Of a DNA stretch of 64,000 nucleotides, positions 9,221 through 17,700 are shown in pieces (positions within the stretch are counted from its first letter, which is position 1; each line of letters starts with the position of its first letter). The notes under the pieces were generated by a model. The model made no database searches. It had not been told where the DNA came from and saw only the letters and a list, made by a program, of their open reading frames with translations. Source of the stretch: Acidobacteriota bacterium (GTDB lineage Bacteria > Acidobacteriota > Thermoanaerobaculia > Multivoradales > JAGPDF01); NCBI GenBank assembly GCA_012521815.1, contig JAAYLR010000030.1, forward strand, positions 5,434 to 69,433. Direction: 5' to 3'. The position numbers and the translations under genes were made by a program.

Positions 9221-9503
9221 GCGAGCCGGGATGGAGACGGCTGCTGATCCGCAGCCGATGCCGCGGCTTCCCCCCACGGTGGTCTGCCGCGGAGGTGGGG
9301 ACGAGATCGCGGGCGCGGGAGCCGTGGCGGGTGCGGAGGAGGCGGGCGGGATGGGCGAACGGCGAGCTGCTCCAGGGCGGTGAGCCAGCTCTCGCGGGCG
9401 CGCCCTGCGGCTCGCTCGCCGGCCTGCGCCGGGGCGGATACACCCCGTCCCCGCGCCGCGGAGGAGCTCCGGGCGCGACCTCCGCGGGCGGGGGGGGTAT
9501 CTG

Positions 9504-9992
9504 CTAGCTGCTGGCCAGCAGGCGCTGACGGGTGTACGGGATGAGGCCGCCGGCGTCGATGATCGCCTGCCGGGCCGGGGGAAGCGGCACGGTGGCGAAG
9601 CGCTTGCCGGTGGTCTGGTTGAGGATGCTCCCGCTCTCGAGCACGAGCTCGTCTCCCTCGTCCGCCTCCAGCTCCGGCGCGGTGACGAGCGAGAGGCCGA
9701 GGTTGATCGCGTTCTGCAGGAAGATGCGGGCGAAGCCGCGCGCCACGATCGTCAGCTCGTGCCCGCGCAGGCAGGAGGCCGCCTGCTCGCGCGAGGAGCC
9801 GCAGCCGAAGTTCTTCCCGCCGACGATCGCCGCGCCCTTGCCGGCGCCCGACTTGAGCAGCGCGTTGAGCTCCGGCGCGTCGGCGAAGGCGAACTGCGGG
9901 GTCTCGGTGGGGAGCACGGTCGCCATGAAGCGGCCGGGGTAGATGACGTCGGTCGAGATGTCGTCGCCGACCTTCGCGATGACCTTGAGCAT
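9504..9992 (-). CDS. leuD: 3-isopropylmalate dehydratase / aconitase-family small subunit (LeuD-like, short archaeal type)
   Basis: 162 aa, MLKVIAKVGDDISTDVIYPGRF...GKNFGCGSSREQA, typical LeuD swivel domain. GGGAG SD. Start is 2 nt after the leuC stop. Confidence 0.85.
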   Translation of the reverse strand: MLKVIAKVGDDISTDVIYPGRFMATVLPTETPQFAFADAPELNALLKSGAGKGAAIVGGKNFGCGSSREQAASCLRGHELTIVARGFARIFLQNAINLGLSLVTAPELEADEGDELVLESGSILNQTTGKRFATVPLPPARQAIIDAGGLIPYTRQRLLASS

Positions 9993-9994
9993 GA

Positions 9995-11284
9995 TCAGGC
10001 TCCCTGACGGGGGTCGGTGATGACCCCGGTGATCGCCGAGGCGGCGGCGACTTCGGGCGAGCAGAGGTAGACCTCCGTCTTCGGGTTCCCCATCCGCCCC
10101 TTGAAGTTCCGGTTCGTGGTCGAGAGCGCGACCTCGTGGTCGCCGAGCGCGCCCTGGTGGATGCCGAGGCAGGGGCCGCAGCCGGAGTTCATGACCACCG
10201 CGCCCGCCTTCATCAGCGTCGCGACGTAGCCGGCTTCGAGCGCCTCCTGGTAGATCCGGCCGGAGGCCGGGAAGACGAGCATCCGCGTCTCCCGCGCCAC
10301 CTTCTTGCCTTCGAGGATCCGCGCCGCGGCGGCGATGTCGTCGAGCCGCCCGTTCGTGCACGAACCGATGACGATCTGGTGGACCTTCGTCCCCGCCACC
10401 GCGTCGATCGGCTTGACGTTGTCGACGGTGTGGGGGCAGGCGATCTGCGGCGCGAGCCGGGAGACGTCGACGTGCACCGTGCGCTCGTAGACGGCGTCGG
10501 GATCGGGGCCCACGAGCTCGAGCTCGTCCTCCACCCCGGCGACCTCGCGCAGGTAGCGGACCGTCTCCTCGTCGGCGGGGACGATCCCCGAGGTCGCGCC
10601 GGCCTCGACGGTCATGTTGCAGATCGTGAGCCGTCCGGAGGTCGGCATCCTCCGGATCGTCTCGCCGCCGAACTCGATCACCCGGAAGTTCGCCCCCTCG
10701 GCGCCGAGCAGCCCGACGAGGTGGAGGATCAGGTCCTTCGCGCCGACCTCCGGCGGGAACTCGCCCGTCACCTCGACCCGGATCGTCGGCGGCACCTCGA
10801 TGTTGAGGGCGACACCGAGCGTCCAGACCGAGGCCATCTCGGTCGCGCCGATCCCGAAGGCGAAGGCGCCGAGCGCGCCGTGGCTGGTGGTGTGGGAGTC
10901 GGTGCCCACGACCACCGCGCCGGGGCGCACGTAGCCGTTTTCGGGCAGGATCTGGTGGCAGATCCCCCCCTCGTCGCCGCGGATGTCATGGAACCGCCCG
11001 ATCCCGTGCAGCCCGACGAACTCCCGGACCTTCTTCTGGTTGCTCGCCGTCTTGGCCGACTCGGCCGGCACCCGGTGGTCGAAGATGATGGCGAGGCGCG
11101 ACGGATCCCAGATCCGCGGCTCGCGCCCGGTCCCTTCGAAGACGGCGTGGAACTGATTGACGACCAGCGCCGCGTTCTCGTGCGACATCGCGAGATCGAC
11201 GCGCGGCTCCAGCACCTCGCCCACCCGCACGCTTTCGCGCCCCGCGGCGCGGGCAAGGATCTTCTCGACAACGGTCATGCCCAT
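9995..11284 (-). CDS. leuC: 3-isopropylmalate dehydratase / homoaconitase large subunit (LeuC-like)
   Basis: 429 aa aconitase catalytic domain with VGTDSHTTSHGALGAFAFGIG and the Fe-S cysteines (SCTNGR, GCGPCLG). AGGAGA SD upstream of the ATG at 11284. Confidence 0.85.
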   Translation of the reverse strand: MGMTVVEKILARAAGRESVRVGEVLEPRVDLAMSHENAALVVNQFHAVFEGTGREPRIWDPSRLAIIFDHRVPAESAKTASNQKKVREFVGLHGIGRFHDIRGDEGGICHQILPENGYVRPGAVVVGTDSHTTSHGALGAFAFGIGATEMASVWTLGVALNIEVPPTIRVEVTGEFPPEVGAKDLILHLVGLLGAEGANFRVIEFGGETIRRMPTSGRLTICNMTVEAGATSGIVPADEETVRYLREVAGVEDELELVGPDPDAVYERTVHVDVSRLAPQIACPHTVDNVKPIDAVAGTKVHQIVIGSCTNGRLDDIAAAARILEGKKVARETRMLVFPASGRIYQEALEAGYVATLMKAGAVVMNSGCGPCLGIHQGALGDHEVALSTTNRNFKGRMGNPKTEVYLCSPEVAAASAITGVITDPRQGA

Positions 11285-11364
11285 CTCAGTTCGTCTCCTA
11301 TCCTGCGGTCGTTACCCGATCCACGAGATAACCGCACGCACGCAACGTTCTTTCCGCCTCTCTC

Positions 11365-12561
11365 TCAGACGACGCCCTGCGCGCGGAGGTCGGCGATCTC
11401 GGCCGCGCTCAGGCCGAGGCCGCCGAGCACTTCGTCGGTGTGCTGGCCGAGCTTCGGCGGCGGCGCGGTGATCGCGCCCGGCGAGTCGGAGAGCTTGGCG
11501 GTCATGTTGAAGAGCTTCACCTCCCCGATCTCGTCGTCCACCCGCACCGAGGTGAGCGTCCGCCGGTGTTCGACCTGCGGCTGGGAGAGCGCCTCGGCGA
11601 GCGAGAGGATCGCGCCGGAGGGCACGTCCTTGGCGTTGAGCGCCTCGACCCAGTGGGCCGTCGGCCGCTCGGCGAGCTTCGCCTCGAGCAGCGGCGTGAG
11701 CGCCTTGCGGTTCTTCTTCCGCTCGTCGCGCTCCTGGAAGCGGGGGTCGCTCTTCAGCTCGGGCAGCTCGAGCACCTCGGTGACCGCCTCCCACTGCTCC
11801 TGCTTGTTCGCGGCGATGTTGATGAAGCCGTCGCCGGTGCGGAAGACGCCCGAGGGCGCGGCGGTGAAGTTGTCGTTGCCCATCGGCACCGGGCCCTTGC
11901 CGCCGATCAGCAGGTTCGCCGCCACCCAGCCCATCAGCGGCATGATCGAGTCGAGCAGCGCGACGTCGATCGCCTGCCCCCGGCCGGTGCGCTCGCGGTG
12001 GAAGAGCGCCGCCATGATCGCGAAGGCGGCGTTGAGCCCGCCCACCGTGTCGCAGACCGGGAAGCCGGCGCGCAGCGGATGGAGCCGCTCGTCGCCGTTG
12101 ACGTCCATCTCCCCGGAGAGCCCCTGGATGATCTGGTCGTAGGCGGGCTTGGCGGCATCCGGGCCGTCCTTGCCGAAGCCGGAGATCCCGCAGTAGACGA
12201 GCCGCGGGTTGATCTCGGCGAGCGCCTCGTAGCCGAGGCCGAGCCGGGGCATGACGTCGGGGCGGAAGTTCTCCACCACCACGTCCGCGCCGGCCACCAG
12301 CCGCCGGAAGAGCTCCTTGCCCGCCGGCGCCTTGAGGTTGAGGGTGAGCGACTTCTTGTTCGCGTTCTGGGCGAGGAAGCTCGTGCCCATCAGCTGCTTG
12401 TTGTACGCGGGCACGTTGCCGAGCACCCGCGCGAGATCTCCCGCCTTCGGGTTCTCCACCTTCACCACCTCGGCGCCGAGCAGCGCGAGGTGGAGGGTGC
12501 AGAACGGCCCCGAGAGGACGTTGGTCAGATCGAGGACTCGAATGCCATCGAGGACGCCCAT
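11365..12561 (-). CDS. family III CoA-transferase (CaiB/BaiF family)
   Basis: 398 aa, MGVLDGIRVLDLTNVLSGPFCTLHLALLGAEVVKVE is the family hallmark. GGGAGGGAG SD. Start overlaps the upstream gene's stop region. Confidence 0.85.
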   Translation of the reverse strand: MGVLDGIRVLDLTNVLSGPFCTLHLALLGAEVVKVENPKAGDLARVLGNVPAYNKQLMGTSFLAQNANKKSLTLNLKAPAGKELFRRLVAGADVVVENFRPDVMPRLGLGYEALAEINPRLVYCGISGFGKDGPDAAKPAYDQIIQGLSGEMDVNGDERLHPLRAGFPVCDTVGGLNAAFAIMAALFHRERTGRGQAIDVALLDSIMPLMGWVAANLLIGGKGPVPMGNDNFTAAPSGVFRTGDGFINIAANKQEQWEAVTEVLELPELKSDPRFQERDERKKNRKALTPLLEAKLAERPTAHWVEALNAKDVPSGAILSLAEALSQPQVEHRRTLTSVRVDDEIGEVKLFNMTAKLSDSPGAITAPPPKLGQHTDEVLGGLGLSAAEIADLRAQGVV

Positions 12562-12563
12562 CT

Positions 12564-13493
12564 TCAGCTCCCTCCCGCCGCGGCGGCCGGCTCCGGGATC
12601 GGGCCGGCGCGATAGACGTTGCCCGGCATCTCGCGGCCGCAGCAGGCGGCCACCTCGCGCGCCACGTCGAGCAGCACCGCGAGATCGATCTCGCGGCGCT
12701 CGCCGCCGCGCTGCAGGGCGTGCACGAGATCCTCGGTGCAGGTGTTCCCGCCGGCCACCGCGGTGAACGGGCAGCCGCCGAGACCGGCCACCGAGGCCTC
12801 GAAGTGGGTGACCCCGGCCCGCCGCGCGGCGTAGCAGTTGGCGAGCGCGAGGCCGTAGGTGTCGTGGAAGTGACAGGCGCAGTCGATCCCCGGCGCGAGC
12901 GCGAAGACCGCCTCGTAGAGCGCCTCGACGGCGTCCGGGGTGCCGTGGCCGGCGGTGTCGGCGAGGCTCAGGTTGCGCAGCCCCGCGTCGAGGAACGAGC
13001 GGACGATGCCGAGCACCCGCTCGCGCGGCACCGGCCCCTCGTACCCGCAGCCGAAGGCCGACTGCACGGAGACCTGCACCCGCTTGCCCGCCGCCGCGGC
13101 CGCCTGCGCCATGGCGATGATCCGGCCGGTCGCGTCGGCGATGCTCATGCCGGTGTTCTTCCGGCTGTGCGTCTCGCTCGCCGAGACCCCCATGCAGAAC
13201 ATCTCGACGCCGCACTCGAGCCCCCGCTCCAGCCCCTTCTCGTTGAGCACCAGCCCCGAGAGGGTCGCGGACGCGGGCTTGCGCCCCGGCTGCGTGAAGT
13301 GCTGAAAAAGCTCGGCGGTGTCGGCCATCTGCGGCACCCGGTCGGGGCGCACGAACGAGCCGAGCTGGAGGATGTCGACGCCGCTGGCGAGCAGCCGCTC
13401 GCCCCAGGCGATCTTCTGCGCCGTGGGCACGACCTGCTTCTCCATCTGCAGGCCGTCGCGCAGTCCGACCTCGTGCAGGACGATCTGGCTCAC
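12564..13493 (-). CDS. HMG-CoA lyase-like (HMGL family; possibly citramalyl-CoA lyase) protein
   Basis: 309 aa TIM-barrel HMGL-like: VGLRDGLQ near the N-terminus and the conserved H.H metal site (CACHFHDTYG). GTG start at 13493 with GGAGG 6 nt upstream. Confidence 0.8.
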   Translation of the reverse strand: MSQIVLHEVGLRDGLQMEKQVVPTAQKIAWGERLLASGVDILQLGSFVRPDRVPQMADTAELFQHFTQPGRKPASATLSGLVLNEKGLERGLECGVEMFCMGVSASETHSRKNTGMSIADATGRIIAMAQAAAAAGKRVQVSVQSAFGCGYEGPVPRERVLGIVRSFLDAGLRNLSLADTAGHGTPDAVEALYEAVFALAPGIDCACHFHDTYGLALANCYAARRAGVTHFEASVAGLGGCPFTAVAGGNTCTEDLVHALQRGGERREIDLAVLLDVAREVAACCGREMPGNVYRAGPIPEPAAAAGGS

Positions 13494-13506
13494 GGAACGC
13501 CTCCGT

Positions 13507-14625
13507 TCAGAGCTTCGCCGCGATGGCGCGGCCGAGATCGAGGGTGGTGGCGCTGCCGCCCATGTCGTAGGTGCGGACCTGCCCCTCGGCGATCACCGCC
13601 GCGGTCGCCGCCTCGATCCGGCCCGCCATCTCCGTCTCGCCGAGCCAGTCGAGCATCATCTTCGCGGCGAGGATGGTGGCGATCGGGTTGACCTTGTACA
13701 TCCCCGCGTACTTCGGCGCCGAGCCGTGCGAGGGCTCGAAGACGCCGAGCTTCGTGCCGATGTTGCCCGAGCAGCCGAAGCCGAGGCCGCCGACCATCTG
13801 CGCCGCGAGGTCGGAGATGATGTCGCCGTAGAGGTTCGGCGCCACGAGCACCTCGTAGGAGAGCGGGTTCTTCAGCAGCCACATGCAGATCGCGTCGATG
13901 TTCGCGTCGTCGCAGGCGATCTCCGGGTAGTCGGCGGCGACCTTGCGGGCCATCTCGAGGAAGAGCCCGTCGGTGGCGCGCACCACGTTCGCCTTGTGGA
14001 TGATCGTCACCTTCTTGCGGCCGTGCTTGCGGGCGTACTCGAACGCCGCCCGTGCGATCCGCTCCGAGCCGTGGCGGGTGTTGATCTTGCACGAGATCGC
14101 GTACTCGTCGAGGGCGCGGCCGGCGAACGGCTTGAACGCCGGGGCGTTGCGGCCGAGCACCTCGGCCACCTCGGCCGGCACCGGCGAGAACTCGACGCCG
14201 GCGTAGAGGTCCTCGGTGTTCTCGCGGAAGACCACGAGGTCGATCCCCTCGCGCAGGTTGAGCGGGTTGCCCGGATACGCCTTGCAGGGGCGCAGGCAGG
14301 TGTAGAGATCGAACAGCTGCCGCATCCGCACGATCGGCGAGCGGTACTTCAGCCCCTTGCCCTGCAGCTCGGGGACGAGCTCGGCCTCGGCGGTCTTCGC
14401 CGGCTTCGAGGTGATGGCGCCGAACATCGCGGCGTCGACGCGGCCGAGCAGGTCCACGGTGCGCTGCGGGAAGGCGTCTCCCTCCCGGCACCAGAACTCC
14501 CAGCCGATGTCACCATGTTCGTAGTCGGCCCGGAAGCCGACGGCGTCGAGCACGAGGCGGGTCGCTTCGAGGACTTCGATGCCGATTCCATCTCCGGGCA
14601 GCCAGGCGATCTTGTAGCTCTTCAT
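13507..14625 (-). CDS. isocitrate/isopropylmalate dehydrogenase family protein (LeuB-/tartrate-DH-like)
   Basis: 372 aa from the ATG at 14625 (MKSYKIAWLPGDGIGIEV...NLYGDIISDLAAQMVGGLG). This is a beta-decarboxylating dehydrogenase signature. The ORF 13507..14790 is over-extended. Confidence 0.85.
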   Translation of the reverse strand: MKSYKIAWLPGDGIGIEVLEATRLVLDAVGFRADYEHGDIGWEFWCREGDAFPQRTVDLLGRVDAAMFGAITSKPAKTAEAELVPELQGKGLKYRSPIVRMRQLFDLYTCLRPCKAYPGNPLNLREGIDLVVFRENTEDLYAGVEFSPVPAEVAEVLGRNAPAFKPFAGRALDEYAISCKINTRHGSERIARAAFEYARKHGRKKVTIIHKANVVRATDGLFLEMARKVAADYPEIACDDANIDAICMWLLKNPLSYEVLVAPNLYGDIISDLAAQMVGGLGFGCSGNIGTKLGVFEPSHGSAPKYAGMYKVNPIATILAAKMMLDWLGETEMAGRIEAATAAVIAEGQVRTYDMGGSATTLDLGRAIAAKL

Positions 14626-14788
14626 GGATTCGCTCCGCAGGGGTTGGTGGCCCGTCCGGCCACCGGGGTCGGGCCGCTTCGGCGGCCGGAAACAGGCTAT
14701 CCGCCGGACGTTGCGCCGTCGCCACCCCGCCGGGCGGGAGGCATACAATGCCCTCGACTCTGAACCGCGACCGCGGAGGCGGAACACC

Positions 14789-17700
14789 ATGCGAGCGAAC
14801 TGTCAGAGCAGTGCCGGGAGAACCCTGTCCGGCCTCGGGGGGATCCTCCTCCTCTCCCTCCTTCCGGGCCTCGCCACCGGCGCCGGAGCGGCCCCTCCCG
14901 AGGTGCTCCCCGGCCGGGTCCCGGCGGCGGGGGAGCAGGCGGTGACGGTGCGGGTCGCCGCGCTCGGACGCTACGCGCTCGCCGTCGAGAGCCTCCAGGG
15001 GGTGGCGCTCACCCACGTCGACCGGCTCGCGGGGGAGGTCGCAACCGCCGGCGAGGCCGGGGAGGCCGACGGCCGCCTCGATCTCTTCCTGGAGCCGGGG
15101 GAGATCCGGGTGCGTACCCGGGGGCCCGAGCTCGGCCGCGGGGAGGCCCGGCTCACGCTCACCCCGTTCCGCGAGCTCCACGGCAACGCCCTGCCGCACC
15201 TGACGGCCACCGCGCAACTCTCCACCGAGCTCGGCGACCACGAGCAGCGCTCCTGGTGGGTGGAGGCCGTCGCGGGCGAGCCGCTCCTCGCCGAGGCCGC
15301 CGGCCGCCATCTCGCCGACCTCCGCCTCTGGCAGGGGGGCGACTGGCTCCTGCCCGCCCTCCCGGTCTGCGAGCCGATCGAGCCGGTGGCGGGACGGCCG
15401 CTCACCCGCTGCCGCCTGCAGGCCGAGCTGCCGCCGGGGCGCTACCGGCTGAGCGCCTACGGCGGCCCGGGCCTCGCCTGGGCGCGGGCGGGCGGCGAGC
15501 GCCCGCTCCACCTCCGGCTCGGCACCTCGCGCCGGGCCGAAGCGGGGCGCGAGCGGCTCACGATCGGCCCGTTCGGCAGCGAGCGCTTCGTGCTGCCGGG
15601 GAGCACCACCTTCGCCCGGATCGAGCTCCCCGCGCCGGGGCGCGCCACCCTCCGGTTCGGCGACTACGAGCCCGACGCGCCGTTCGCGGCGCCGTGGCGG
15701 ACGGCCGAGATCGACGAGGAGACGCTCGCGCCGGTCGTCGAGCTGCGGCGCCGGGAGACCGACGGCGAAGCCCTTCTCGAGATCGAAGGGATTCCCGGGC
15801 AGGAGCTCGTCTGCGAGCACCTCCGCGTCGCCCGCAAGGCGCCGGTCACCGGCGCCGGGCCGCACTGGGTCGGAAGCGTCCACGCGGGCACCGCGGCCGA
15901 CGCGATCGACGCCACCGGCCTCCTCGTCCTGGAGGTCCCCGACGGCGCCCCCCGCCTCCTCGCCGCCCGGACGGTCGAGCTCGGCGGCGACGGCGTCTGG
16001 CACCGCCGCTTCCAGCTCGACGACACGGCGACGCTCTTCCTCCACGTCGCGGAGCCGGGCAGCTGGGAGCTGACCACCGCCGGCGTCGCCGTCGAGGCCC
16101 GGATCGAGCCGTTCCTCCTCTCGCCCCCCGCCAACTACCGGCCACCGGCGCTCCGCGAGACCCCGCTCTCGTGGGAGCTCGACCGCGGCTACTGGGTCCT
16201 CACGCTGCGCCCCGTGCGGCGCGGCATCGTGACGGCGGCGCTCCATCCGGCGGGCACCCCGGTGCCGGCGGCGTTCACCGCTCCCCTGCCGGCGGTGCGG
16301 CTCGGTGCGGTCGACCTCGACCCCGAATCGGCCTACACCCTCTGGCTCAACGAGCAGCCGGACGTCGCCGTCGGACCGGTCGCCCGGCCGCTGCCGCTCG
16401 ACCTCGCCGCGCCGCTGCCGCTCGCCCTGCGCCCCGGCGAGGAGATCGAGCTCCCGGTGCTCGTCCCGGCGCCCGGCCACCTGCGGGCGGTCGTCGAGGA
16501 CGGCTCGGCGTGGGAGCTCTCCCTCGACGGCGCCCCCTGGACGCTCGAACCCGGGGTGAGCCCGGGCACGGGAGCGCTGCGAGTCCGCTCGACCTCCGCG
16601 GCGAGCCTCTCGGCCTCGCTCGCTCTCGTCCCGGACGCGGTGGCCGGCGCACCGGCCACCGCACTGGCCGCGCCGCCGCCGCTCCTCGCCGAGAGCCTCT
16701 CCCTCACCCTCGCCCGCCACGAAGGGCGGAGCTTCCGCCTGCCCGTCACCCGCGCCGGGCTCTACACGTTCGAGTCGACCGGGCTGCTCGCCACCGCGGG
16801 GAGCCTGCGGGGGCGGGTGCTCGCGCCGTTCGCCTTCGGGATGGAGAACGGCACCGGCCGGAACTTCCGCCTCGCCGCCTGGCTCCCCGAGGGGGAGTAC
16901 CAGCTCCAGGTCGAGAGCCTCGGCGAGAGCGCCGGGCCGGCCGGGCTGCGCTGGCGCCGCGGCGAGCTGCGCGACGGCGGCGAGCTGCTGCCTGCGGTGA
17001 GCGCCCGCGCCGAGCTCGGCGCCGGGGAGGGGATCGTCTGGCGGTTCGACGTTCCGGAGCCGGGGCGGTACGAGGTCGAGGCCCGGCGCGCCGGCCGGCC
17101 GGCGCCGTTCCGGCTGGAGGATCCGGAAGGGTTCCCCGTCGGGGAGGCGCTCGCCGAGGGGATGGCGGAGGTCCGGCTCACCCCGGGCTCCCACCGCCTC
17201 CTCGTGCTCGGCGATGACGCCGCCGGGCCGCTCGTCGTCCGGCTCGAGCGTCACGACGAGCCGGCGGCCGCCACCGGCCACGGACCGCACCCGCTGCCGC
17301 TCGGCGTGACGCGCGAGCACCTCTGGCGCGAGCCGGAAGGAGAGGCGAGCGAAGCCTCCGAGCGGCCGCCCGACCGGTGGCGCTTCACCCTCCCCGCCCC
17401 CGCCGAGGTCATCCTCACCCTCGACCCCGAGATGACCGGCACCCTCCTGCGGCCGGGCGCCGCGGCGGACGAACCGCTCCCGGCCGCGCGGCCGCTCTCC
17501 CTCCGGCTCGCCGCCGGCGAGCACGAGCTCCGCCTCCGTGCCGGCACCCCCGACGATCTGCGCCCCTACGAGCTCAGGATCGACCCGGTGCCGCTCCTCG
17601 CCGGCCTCGAGCGGGAGCTGACGGCTCCCGGCGAGGTCGAGGTCGCGGTCGGTGCGGCCGGCAGCTATCTCCTCGAATCGCGCGGCGAGGCCGACCTCCG

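Noticed and set aside
9491-9498. G8 homopolymer just downstream of the leuD stop as a phase-variation tract
   Set aside because: It is intergenic, 3' of a gene and not within a coding region or obvious promoter. A short G-run is expected by chance at this GC content.
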